A stretch of 64,000 bases of DNA from Botryllus schlosseri. Lineage: Eukaryota. Location: assembly GCA_051294905.1 (NCBI GenBank), contig CM119372.1, positions 35,466,001-35,530,000 on the forward strand, in the 5' to 3' direction. Under the pieces are notes generated by a model. The model searched no databases. It was not told the DNA's origin and saw nothing but the letters and a program-made list of their open reading frames with translations. Both the position numbers and the translations under genes were made by a program. Shown here one piece after another: positions 39,263 to 51,019 of the stretch; position 1 is the stretch's first letter; each line of letters starts with the position of its first letter.

Positions 39263-39480
39263 CTATCATTTCTACCTGGATTTGGGCTGGGGTGTGGAAC
39301 ACTGTGTTGGTGATCAGCGACGGATACGGCCCCGATAGATTGCATTCGTATTGCGGTATCGTATGGAATTCACCTGACAAATATTTCGTTCAATATTGCC
39401 TCTACTTGACCTGCTGCTTTGCAGCGCCGTTATCTGTATTGGTCTTCTGCTACAGCGCGATCCTACTACATGTTCGAAAC
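39263..39480 (+). CDS. Opsin-like GPCR copy B, exon 4
   Basis: tttccag|...|gtaagt, 218 bp; IISTWIWAGVWNTVLVISDGYGPDRLHSYCGIVW...PLSVLVFCYSAILLHVRN. Confidence 0.92.
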
Positions 39481-39930
39481 GTAAGTTATATTTAGCAGAT
39501 TTTATGCTTTTAGTCTGCATATATGACTGTATAGAAATAATGATGTTCATGATCCGCTGCCTCACACGTGGAAGAAAACGAATAGAACTCTCTATCAAAA
39601 CGAATATATATTATCTCCATAAAAGCTGAGGAATGAGTTTGTTTTTGGCATTTGATATTTGAAATTACGAGGCACAATCGACGCACCGCGTAGCTGAGAG
39701 GTTTAGCTAATATTTAGGAATCTCCTTAAGTGAAGGTTAGCCGTCGAAATATTTGCTCCTTTTCTTTGTATTATCAATTAAAGCATACCCGTTTAACCCG
39801 TTCGTGAGGTAATTCTTCTGATTTGAGAACCCTGATGGTGACGGCAGATCCTAAACTCTAAATTGCAACATCTGAATCAACTGCATTTCATTTAGGAAAT
39901 TTGAATTGAATTAGTAGCGGTTATCTAACA

Positions 39931-41602
39931 CAGTGGTTCTCAACCTTTTTGACCTCGCGGCACACTTTGAAAATTAAAAATAGTTCGCGGCACACTAGCA
40001 CAGTGGTTCCGAACTCATTTGGCTTACGGCACAGGCAAACTACCAGAATGCGTATAGCAGCAACCATAGTTTTACAGAGGTGGTCTGCTGGTCAATGACG
40101 AAATACTGCTACCTTTTCGGAGCACTCAAGTAGGCGTTTCTCTGCTTTTATCTCTGCGGACATCTCACAAATACGTCTACTAATGGTATCATTTGACATG
40201 GGAATCGTTTTTAATTCTTTCGAAACATTTTTTACAATTTTATTGCAGGCCGGAAGAATAGCTTTCTCCGTTTCCGTGTGAGGTTTTGAATTATCAGCTA
40301 TTACCTCTGTTACCACATAACTGGCCCGCTGAGATCTCGTTTAAACTTCATGTTCAGCTAAATTTCGTAAGAATGACTTGACAATAAAGTCTGCCCACTA
40401 CCGCATTGTCGATGTAATTAACCGTCGCATCGAAGAGTCGATCACGATTGCCACTAACAAATACAGAGGTGTATTATACAATGTGCATAGATGCCAAACG
40501 CATTTCCACGCAGATCGTGTAATAGCACCTGTTAGGATAGCATACCTCAATAGTCTTAGTGGCAGCCACCCGCAGTTCAATTGTAGTTCCAACAAATCGG
40601 GATAATAAACTTCAGTGGCGGGGAAATTTGCAACTGATATAATTTGATCAACTTTACTTCTCAATTCTCGAATTTCTCACCTGCAACATAACATTGCACA
40701 CTGAGCCTACATTTTACCTGCAGTGCTGGCGCGCTACCTAACAATCGCAATGTGAATGGCTATGTTGGCAATTCTAATTTTTAAACGTGAACATCACTTT
40801 CAAATAAGTTCATTTCTCGATGGTGAGAATGCCTTCCTAGGTGTTGGAGGTTTATGTAAGCTCCTACTCGTCCTCCAATCTGCAAAAGCAGTGTCTTACA
40901 AAAAGTGGGCCTTGCTATAAGTTGCCATCTCAGGAATTAAAATATGAAACATCGGCATGGTGTGAAATGATCATCGATGACGAAGACATGGCAAGAATAC
41001 GACTACAAACAGAAAAATAAAAGGTCATCAACCTGGGTCATATCCCTGTTCTGCCTACGGTTCTGATGCGAGACACTTGAACACGTGAACACTTCGGCCA
41101 CACCTCAATATCACGATCCAATTACCTGAGTTTAGTTATCACCGTCCTAAATGCTACTGATGCTACTATGTGGGCAAACTAGCATATCACACCGATTGAC
41201 GCTGGAGGCCCCAGTTTGATTCATGGCAGTGCAGTAGCAAGTTACAAAGCGTTGCAGAGTTATTAGATTATCCGCCCCTATACGTTGCTGTGCTCAGAGC
41301 GTCTTTACAATAAAAAGCCCAGAGAAGGACCCAATCCATGACCTAATGGGGATGCCAGATTGAAATTATTGATTGAGATACCGTAGCTACGGTCGCCTCG
41401 GCATCCTTATATCTGTTCACTGCATCGGTTTGGGCATCGCTTGTCTTGATCGGGTAAATTCAATAGAAAAACCAACTATGATACACTCAAAATTGGGATT
41501 TTTTGTTATAGTTCCGCATAGTTTACCACATTTGCTCGCGGCACACCTGAGCAGTCCAATTGGTACACTAGTGTGCCGCGGCACACCGGTTGAGTACCAC
41601 TG
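39931..41602 (-). mobile_element. Buster/Charlie-type hAT deletion derivative with transposase remnant, intron 4 of opsin B
   Basis: TIR CAGTGGTTCTCAACC/GGTTGAGTACCACTG; TSD atctaaca/atctagca; 40092-40316(-) KPHTETEKAILPAC..PMSNDTISRRICEMS resembles Charlie/ZBED5-type transposases. Confidence 0.85.
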
Positions 41603-41779
41603 ATCTAGCATCTCGACTGTTGTGATTCAGTTTTTAGACGAATTTGCTGCTATTCAGTTTCAAACAATAGTGGAAGAAGTTACATGCTTTGATATTCATA
41701 TTTTACCTTCGCACGGGCCATGTTGCAGTGTCGTAGCCCAGACATTGGGACTTTCATTCCATTCCTTTAATGTTTTCAG

Positions 41780-41926
41780 CAGGCGAAGAGACCTTCCGAC
41801 TCGAAAACACCCTCAGCACTGTTACGGACGATGAAATCAGTTTTTGCGATCATGCTGGCATTTGTTATTTGCTGGTTTCCGTATGCTGTCATCGCGATAT
41901 TAAAGATAATGACACGACTCGACAAT
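41780..41926 (+). CDS. Opsin-like GPCR copy B, exon 5
   Basis: ttttcag|CAG (NAGNAG)...AAT|gtgcga, 147 bp; QAKRPSDSKTPSALLRTMKSVFAIMLAFVICWFPYAVIAILKIMTRLDN. Confidence 0.9.
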
Positions 41927-41984
41927 GTGCGACTCATTGGTTAATTCTGACAAATAGCATACAATTAAAAATCGAAATATTTAG

Positions 41985-42071
41985 AATTCATACCCGGACA
42001 TGTTCGCTTTCCTGGCGGCCAAAACCTCGTACCTTTCATGCCCGATGATCTACGTCATGCAAAATCGCAAT
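41985..42071 (+). CDS. Opsin-like GPCR copy B, exon 6 (TM7 with Schiff-base Lys)
   Basis: tttag|...|gtaagc, 87 bp after a 58-bp intron; NSYPDMFAFLAAKTSYLSCPMIYVMQNRN. Confidence 0.9.
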
Positions 42072-42282
42072 GTAAGCCTGGCACCATTACACTATGCATC
42101 TTTGAGGCGAACCCCGATTGCTACGGATTGGAATGAGGAGTTTATATACATCGTGTAGTCTACTTATCCAATTTATTTATTAGTTTATGTTCGTATGTAA
42201 TCCGTCACTAAACAAAATATTTGAAATAAAATCTCAATAATAGACTACCTAAAGCGGTAATGGTTAAAATCGTCGTTTCGAG

Positions 42283-44367
42283 CAGTGGTTCTCAACTTGT
42301 TTCACTTCGCGGACCGTAAAACTTCAAAAAATATCTGGCGGACCGGTGGACCATCAAAAATTGATATCAACCCAAAATGTCAAGTATTAAACCGTTTTTG
42401 GCTAGTATGGTACTAGAGAGTGACGATTTGAGAGTTTTGTTCGTAATTAAATATGTTCACGATGGTATAAAAGTGATTTTACGGTAGTTAGTCTGCTAAG
42501 TGGAAGTAAAATTCTTTGGCCAAGATAAACATGCTAGCGCCGAGACTAGATAATAGTCTTTCGCGTCGAATTCCGAAGGCACTGTGCCATTTCGAATAAC
42601 ATTCTTCTCTTCTATAATAAGTAGAAAAGACGCGTTTCGGAGTGAAACCAAGCACTGTGTCGTGCTACCTTGCTCATTTTCCACTACAACATGACGTACT
42701 GTGAATCCAATACGCGTCAAGAATACACATGGCAACAGTGACACGGGGTCATTCACAAAATGAATGTATCGGAAACGAACGAACGATCCAAGATCGTGCA
42801 AACTGCGTGGTTAAGCGAGTCAGCTCGTACTTGTCGCTCATATGTAGTTGACGATTTAAACTTCAAATTAAATCCGGCGGGCAAATATTTTTGTAGGCGT
42901 GCGTACTGCGAAGATAAATTAGGTTTGCGGGCCGGGCCAAAAAGGTCCAATCTATATTCCGCGGCGTATTTTATTCTAAATAATGAAGAAAAAACAGTGA
43001 ATTGCATTGTTAACACAATCTGCTAGCAAAGTGGATGTGGTACATTTGGGATATGAGAAAGTCGGGGTTAATTTACAAAATATTGTATTGATTAATTCAG
43101 TGACAATATTCTAAACAATGCGAAACACGAAACAATCCTAATTCATTAAAATCACTTTTACCAATACCCATTTTTCTATGGTGGCGTCAAAATGTATTTG
43201 GGATATCACGAAGCCGGTCTTGGTCTCGAGCTGTGTGTAGCGTGGCATTTAGCTTCGTTGTTTTGAGAGTTCAGCTGGTAAATGACCTGAAGTCCACGAT
43301 CTCTTGGCCTCGGTCAGCCGACGGATGTTAGTATTTCACTGCGTTTTCTCATATTGCCCATTCAAAATATATCTCCGAACACGGCAACCCGCTCACCACA
43401 AAGAAAGTGGCGTGTTTCCCTCTCACACAAGTGAACAAATATTGAGTGCTCGAAATCTTTAAATGTCTGCCTCGAGCCTCTTATGTTTTACCATGCCTGT
43501 TCATCGTATTTGGGAGACCGGTGCTCACGTCCACTGATTGACTTGTTTGACGCATTATGGATTGCAAACGCATGACATCACAATTTAAATCACAGATCGG
43601 GTAATTCGCAAAGTAACATTGGCAACATACCATTTTAAACCATCTGGAAACAGTTACTTTTGACTTTAATTGTTACGGTATACTTTGCTATATTTACAGT
43701 ATTTTGAATCCAGATTATGCGACCTATACGTAGTCTGTGTACTCAATGACAAATTCGTTCAGCACCGTTTTTCAGACAACCGAACAATGCCATGGGGTAG
43801 CCAGTAATTTTTTTTTCTAAATTTTAATTTTATTTGTTAAATAAATCCAAAACTCTTTCTTTTATAGCAATGCCACTGTACGTTGGAATCGCACTAAAAT
43901 TGTAGTACAGCGTTTTTTTGTAACCTAACAATTTTACGAAGTAGCCAGTACAATTTGTGAAACAAAAATCATTTTGGAACACCCCTAGTGTACACAGATG
44001 AAGAAAAAGGCTTAAAAGTAAACGAATTCTGGTTCAGTTTATGCAGTCTTTGGCTTTATTTCACACTTAGGATACAAAAGTTGGTTTTCTGTTCGAAGTT
44101 CCAGGTAAATGTTCATGGAAAAGTCAGAGTCGAGTAGCATGCTGCATTTGGCCCGCTTGTCGCACTTTGCCAAGGTTTGGGTTAAATCGAACATGATTTG
44201 CAGGCCTAATGTTACCACGCGAAGTTTCGAATATCTTTAAATTTGATCTTTTATTTCACCAATTGACAAGCCTTCAACATTTTGCAACTTGAAATAAAAA
44301 TATAAAATTTTAAAATACCTGACGGACCGGCACCGGTCCGCCGTCCTCCGGCGGTTGAAAACCACAG
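42283..44367. mobile_element. hAT MITE with nested fragments, last intron of opsin B
   Basis: Ends CAGTGGTTCTCAAC/GTTGAAAACCACAG; TSD gtttcgag/gtttctag; CGGACC motifs at both ends. Confidence 0.78.
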
Positions 44368-44589
44368 GTTTCTAGTACTTGAGTCGAGGTAAAAGTAATG
44401 TTGTCAATTTTGAGTTATTCACGAGTAAAAATGGATATTCATGAGCGATGCCAAATTCCAAACGAAAAGTATTCGATGAAATGGGGCCTAAGGGGGGAAA
44501 TAGTGGACGTTTACCACAGAAAGTGCTTGGGATTAAACCCAATGATATAATTATCGTATACAATCCTAAGTATTCCCACTTCCTTTCAG

Positions 44590-44697
44590 ATGAGGAAGGA
44601 AGTACTGGCAGTATTCAACCGATTCACAGTTTGTTTCAGACCAAAGCAGGACAAGAAGGCCGAAGCTATTACGGTCATGGAAAACACCGCCATTTGA
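44590..44697 (+). CDS. Opsin-like GPCR copy B, terminal exon
   Basis: cctttcag|ATG..TGA; MRKEVLAVFNRFTVCFRPKQDKKAEAITVMENTAI*; the seven exons join into an open 996-nt frame (331 aa). Confidence 0.85.
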   Translation: MRKEVLAVFNRFTVCFRPKQDKKAEAITVMENTAI

Positions 44698-46121
44698 CAT
44701 AGCTACTGAGTTGACCTCCACATTTCATCACATTTGACAATGGCTTGATTAGTTACTGTGGGATGTAAGCCTACCGTTATTGATGTGGAAACTCTTGTAA
44801 TATATTTCATGATTATCTTATATTGTTGAATACAAGTAACACTATGATGTTGATCATTATCAATCTATTTTTTAAATCCTTTCTCACGCATTGCTTCTGG
44901 TATCAAAAACCGGTCGACAGCTTGAAACGTAGATATATTGTGTATGGTATTGAATTTTTCACCACTCATAGTACTGCATGTACCTGATCTAAATTTATAT
45001 TACCCCAATGAAAAATATTTGCCGTCTTACTGTGTTGGCATTTTTTGTGCTTCCCCCGTATCCACCGATTGCTTTCTACAAAATAAGCGTCGGACACCAG
45101 AGGTGTCCTAATTACGGATTACAACAATCACTACCGTTTTTATTTGCTCCCAGCAAATTATGTTTGATGCATTTTAGCAACGGATGTGGGTATGGGGACT
45201 CGGGATGGTCTGCGTCCTAAGCGCGGTCAATTTCACCATAGATAATTGTGTTTTTATTCATTTATCTTTCTTTGAGCAACTGTATGGACTTACAGCTGTT
45301 GTGTGTTTATGCACCATGAAATCCGTCCGGACTAGAGCGAACCTGATGACTATCCGCTTTGATGTTGTCCCATCGACCGAGTTATTGTTTTTGATTTTAA
45401 TTCATATTTATGTCCAATAAATAAATGCACATGTCTGTATGAAATGAAATGAGTCAATTGACCTTGAGTCACAACAAATACCAAATTGTATGGCATCTTG
45501 CCGAAACGAAGAAAGTTTTTCTATGTTTTATGACAGGACATTAAAGTGCAAATACATTGGTGGTTGCCAAGCGTTTTATGGCTGCGGCCCAATTTCCAAT
45601 TTGGAAATGTGGCGAAAAACCACCTCCTTAATTTGTTTGATTGGCTACCAAAAATGTCAGCACCGTCGCCCGAAATCTACTTCGATATTTGTAAGGCTGA
45701 ATACTAAAAACATCAAAGTTCGGGACCTCCGCTATCCGGGGGTTGAAAATATCTTCCGTATACCAGATAAGCTTTTGCGCGCTGAAAACAACGTCGTGGA
45801 TCAGTATGGTGTGTCGTTGCATATATATTGAGAACCTTTACGGCAAATGAACGAATTATATTTGATAACATAACCAACATTGGCATAGCAGAGAAGGGCT
45901 GATCTATACAACTTTCCTTCATTGTGGAATTGTGAAAAGGTTATTTACCGCAAACTCATACCCGATTTGTGACGTCAAGTAATTGTCTACTTTTTCACCT
46001 ACCCTAAACTGCGACTTCTCATCCGACATCTCCATCTGAACATGTTTTTGCAATGGGAACCATGTGACATCAGTAAGCCGACAGTGCATGACACCAAAAG
46101 TACATGCCAAGCATACTAATT

Positions 46122-47406
46122 GATTTTGTTGTTGTTGTTTATTAAAAGCAAAATTTGGCGCTTATCACCTGTTGGTCTTTTGCACCACGGTCAATAATAG
46201 CGTACGAAATATAAACAGCCAATGATGGCGTAGGTATTGGATAGACATAATATTTAAAAAATAGCATTTCAGTGAAACCACAGAATATCAAGGCCAGAAA
46301 AATTGAAATTTCAGAGCAGTGGAAATGAAACATTCACGGCCATTCACAAATTACGGTTGCAGGATAACACAAATTCAATTGTGAAAGGGATGATTTCATC
46401 TTCGGTGAGGAGAATTGCATGGCGGAAATAAACAATAAATTCAGCACATTTAGCAATGGGGAAAGTACGCTGTAAAGAGAGGTCAACGTGTGACTGGGGC
46501 AGAAACCAAGGTAGAATAGATGGAAGTGGTCCAATATCATGCCGTCAAACAACGACAAGTTTGTGAGCGTATTAAACGTTCGAAAGTTCGGTCTCGTTAG
46601 ACTGTAGATCTCATGCCAGCTGTCTTGAATGATATGTTGGAATAATTCATTTCCAGGCTCTTGATTCAAAATATGACATCGACATTTCATCGAGATAGAA
46701 GGTGTTGTAGATCAAGGTACTGGTCATTGCATTGGTACAGATCCGAAGGGCTTTATTCTCGATGGATTTGAGCTTCTTGAGATGGGTGACAGGCACAAAT
46801 AAGTATGCAGGCAAACCATGGGCCATATTATATCTTAAATGTGAACGGTAAACGCGCAAAAGGGTTCCCTTGTTGGCTCACCAGCTCGTGCAACTCAATA
46901 TTCGCAGTACTTTTAGCCTCTTACGACACTTGGACGAGATATATTCAATGTCAGGTTTGTATGAGAGTCTTCTGTCAAAAACAACGCCAAGGTACTTGAA
47001 TGTTTCCACCAACGGGATTTCCGAACCGTCAAGATGCTGTGAGATGGGGGGAATTTTGTGCTCACGTGTAAAGTACCTTGCTACATTTTTTTCCGTGGAT
47101 AATATCAGGCCCCACTGATTACACCAATGCTGTAAGTAAGACGTAAAACTTTGTACCGTGTGGACACGATTGGATGTGGACAAATCGCTGCCCAAGATCA
47201 GAAGATCATCAGCGAATAGTGCGTGGGAGCAATCGGCCATTGGTGGAAGATCAGACACGATTACCGCATGGAGAAGCGGACTTATGACACTGTCTTAGGG
47301 GAGACCATTTTCCAGATAGTGTGTGTTAGAAAGGATATTCCCGTCCTGGAAAGAACGCGTTGACTAAAAGTTGTTGATCCAAACTAGCATTTGACCTTTG
47401 ACCCCA
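46122..47406 (-). mobile_element. 5'-truncated, decayed non-LTR retrotransposon (RT C-terminal half; I-group-like by inference)
   Basis: GLP*DSVISPLL, LFADD, WCNQWGL, KYLGVVFD, LRILSCTSW; AATAAA plus (CAA)n tail; perfect 13-bp TSD aagcatactaatt (46109-46121, 47407-47419). Confidence 0.9.
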
Positions 47407-47468
47407 AAGCATACTAATTAACAATAAACCTATCCCCTGGATTATTGAAGTCGATTTCGCGTGACTAG

Positions 47469-47717
47469 ATAATAGTAGACTCCAACACTTTCAAATGAAA
47501 CAAAGATCTGCCACGCGCAATGACAGTGAACATAAGGTCATTATAGTGCTGTGTACAGACTGTTATGACGATTACCCAGCATATGCTTCATCAATTGGTC
47601 AGCATTTCAGCGAAAATCTCGCCCGTGCACAACACTATAAAGACAATATAATATGTTCATTGTCATTGCGCGTGGCAGATCTTTGTTTCATTTAAAAGTG
47701 TTGGAGTCTACTATTAT
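47469..47717. mobile_element. Foldback MITE
   Basis: ataatagtagactccaacacttt..gatctgccacgcgcaatgaca mirrored by tgtcattgcgcgtggcagatc..aaagtgttggagtctactattat. Confidence 0.78.
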
Positions 47718-47839
47718 TCAGTTGAACAAACTAATTTTATATAGACATAAAGATTTCCTATATAACCTACAAATTTCTCATTAGTTCGTGTTGTTTTGTG
47801 AGTGTAACTGTTTATTTACAAATTGCGCTGCTACTATAG

Positions 47840-47971
47840 ACGGTCTTATCGATCATTCCTATCTAATACCGAATACTGTGCAAGCATATTTTCTGTACCA
47901 CCATTCACGGTCTTATCGATCATTCCTATCTAATACCGAATACTGTGCAAGCATATTTTCTGTACCACCAT
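47840..47971. repeat. Tandem duplication, 67-bp period, two copies
   Basis: acggtcttatcgatcattcc...ctgtaccaccat at 47840 and 47907. Confidence 0.92.
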
Positions 47972-48173
47972 CACTGCCGTGTGTTATGTATTTTGGTTGG
48001 ATGAAAATAAAGAGTCTCTCTCTCTCTCTCTCTAGTACCTTATGCCCGTATAATTCAAAGTTTGTTTTTGTTGCCATTGTTACAATGCATATTTCATGGT
48101 CTGTGATTTTGATTGTTTCGTAATACTCTGCTTTTTTAGTTTTGCTTTTAAATCTGTTTAAATCCCTTCAGTC

Positions 48174-50169
48174 CAGTGATTCCCAAGCGCGGCCCCCAGA
48201 TAGCCTTCTTGCGGCCCCCAAAATATATTAAGAAATCGATTTATGACAAAAAATAAAATTTATATTGATAAAATAGTCTTGCTTGGCTTGGCCTCTGCAG
48301 ATTTTCATTATAGAATTGCTGGAAAGTTGTGAGTATAGACTGCTCACGTAACGTCACTGCTGTTTCAATCCAATGTGCCCTATCTTTCCAGTTGAACGAG
48401 CAGTACCTATAGATATAAATAGGTATTGATAACTTTCAAAACCGGAGGAAAATCCGCAAAAATGGTAAATTTTTCCCACTTCGTGGTCGCTTGACCAAAA
48501 AAGAAAAAGAGGACCAACTCCCGGAAAATACAGTTCTTCTTTTACATTAACAGGTGGTTGACTGACAAAATAGGTCAACTTTTCGGTCGAGCTCCCAAAA
48601 TAGCCGCCGTAGCGTTCCTACAGTACTGACATAATGTATATCAGTCGAATTTGGCCCATATGTAACCAAAATCTCAAATAGGAGACATCTGGGCGTCCTC
48701 CGAGGACACTTTAAAAAAATCAAAAAAGATGACAAATCATCTTAAAAGAGGACGTATGGTAACCCTATGATAACTAGATGTGCAACACGTGACTCACGGT
48801 TGAATACGCCGAGATGCATACTGCTTAGCCGGCTAAAAGCAGCATAATAGGTAGTCCTATAGTCAGGGCCGTAACTGCAGCACCCCAAACCGCCCCATTG
48901 AGGGGACCGAGCTCGAAGGTGGCCCTAAATTATTTCGTGAATTAGCATAAATTATAGAGTATTTTTTAAAATTTATGCAACTCTTTCAAACATTCTTCGC
49001 GCTGGCCGCGATTTCAATTCGCCACATATCTTGATTATTGGGTACTCTTCCCCAAGTAAAAATACGGAAGATTTATAGAAATGGGCATATCAGCGTTGGC
49101 CATGACCGCACCACAACGCACCAAGACATATAAAGTTTTAGGTCATGTAACATGTGACTCCGAGAAGTGTGTCAGAACGATCGGCAGCGAGAAAGCCTTG
49201 GCCGTAAAGGACTGCTATAATGCTGACCAAAAACTTCAAAATACAAAAAACTTCGTTATATTTACAAAATACAGATAGGTTTAATTGCCCGTAGAGGCGC
49301 CTAAATGACTGGCGCCGAATGTTCTTGTCTTGGCAATCTAAACCTCACAAGACAAATACCATCCCGCAGGAAAGAAAATTATATGGCAGTGAAGAAATAT
49401 CAATCTGAAATCGTGTGATCTTTCAGTTTAGTGTAGGTTTGGGCAATTCTACATTTTTTGATGTATCAGACAGGAGGTCACAAAATAACATCATGTAAAG
49501 AAATCATACCTAGGGGTCCGCCCGCCCTAAGATGTTTAATTTTACGGGGTCTGCAGTTTCAAAGACACCTCTCACTCAGCTCTGCCGATAAATCTGATTA
49601 CGTGGGCAAAGAGGACAACCATGCAATTCCCGATCTTATTCACCAATTTTATCATGAATTATCAAAATATTCGCGTGTCGCGCTGTCTCACTAAACAGTA
49701 CAACTTTAATTTCGTGGCGAAAGCGAACAACGTGGTGCGAGGTAGTTTATCACCCTATGGGATCCCGGGGTCCTGACAAAGTTCTGTTACGTTCCTGCCA
49801 ACGGGTATACCCCGGAGATGTTTAATTACTATTGAGGCGGCCCATACCGGTAAATCAGATTACGTGAACAAAGACAAGATACATGCAATTCCCGATTATA
49901 TTGACCGATTCAGTCATGAAACTAATGAAATTTCTCGCGCCTCGCGCGTTTAAGCGAGAAAAGCTGATTCCCTCAATGGACACCCAATGCAGCAGATAAA
50001 TAGCGGTAAACAGTGTACACTGTACAGTTTTGAAATCTCGCCAGGGCAATAAAACTACTCCGAAATAGACTGTTTGGGTCCGTTTCATAGCCGTAGTATT
50101 CGTGAGGCCCCGACCGTACTCTGAAATTATAAATTTGGCCCTCACACCGAAAAGGTTTGGGAACCACTG
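48174..50169. mobile_element. hAT MITE with nested fragments
   Basis: Ends CAGTGATTCCCAA/TTGGGAACCACTG; TSD cttcagtc/ctttagtc. Confidence 0.75.
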
Positions 50170-51019
50170 CTTTAGTCTGTTTAGTGTGCCGTTAAGTCTT
50201 GAAAAGAGGCACCCGAAAAGTCTTCGAGCTCAATAAATATTCTTTTACAATGGATGTTGTATTGAAAGACATGTTTATGCTGTCACGAGAATAATTATCA
50301 TGCTGGCCGTTACGAAGCTGTATACCAACAAGTTGCTGCAATATTGACATATTGAGCCGAAAATTTAAAGAAATGTCAAAGAGCCATATCTTATACCCAA
50401 GAGAGCCATGTATGGCTCGCGAGTCATAGGTTCCCGACCACTGGACTAAAGCATCCCAACAGTCTCCGAGAAACCGATGTCGGACAAATCTTATCATGAA
50501 TTCCTGTCAAATTGTGTAAGACAAAGGTCGGTGCATTTTCATGATCGAGCCATATTTTAATATTGAATTCATTATGGATCTCGCTTATCGGCGATAATAA
50601 TCATTGCAGTGACGTCGGATATGTACAAAATTTCCACAGGAAACTGCAAGAATTGCAAGAAATTCAGCAAATATTACATATATAGGCCTACATGTTTGAA
50701 GATATCTCTGGTGTCACCGCGACCTGAAATTATACCCTTGACGACCTATGTTTGGGTCACGACCCTACGATCACATTGCGAAATTGTAACATAAAAGCGT
50801 CACTATTTACTTAGCACAATGGTTCTCAACCTTTTTGACCTTACGGCACCCACTGAAAGGGTAAATAGCTGGCGAAACTTGAGTGGCGAGTAAGGTAGTT
50901 GCGCCGCTGCAACACCGATTGGTCCCGGGTTCGAGTCCAGCCGAGCTCGACTGCAGAAATCCTTCTTAAATGTTGGAGATTTATCTGGACTACTCATCGC
51001 CATCCGATATGCGTAAGCG

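Noticed and set aside
33383..44697. Assigning a gene symbol such as RGR, RRH, OPN3, OPN5 or RHO
   Set aside because: Motifs are too divergent for orthology by eye; intron positions favour c-opsin ancestry but not a specific gene
44448..44702. 84-aa ORF as a separate gene
   Set aside because: It overlaps the opsin B terminal exon in a different frame and has no recognisable homology
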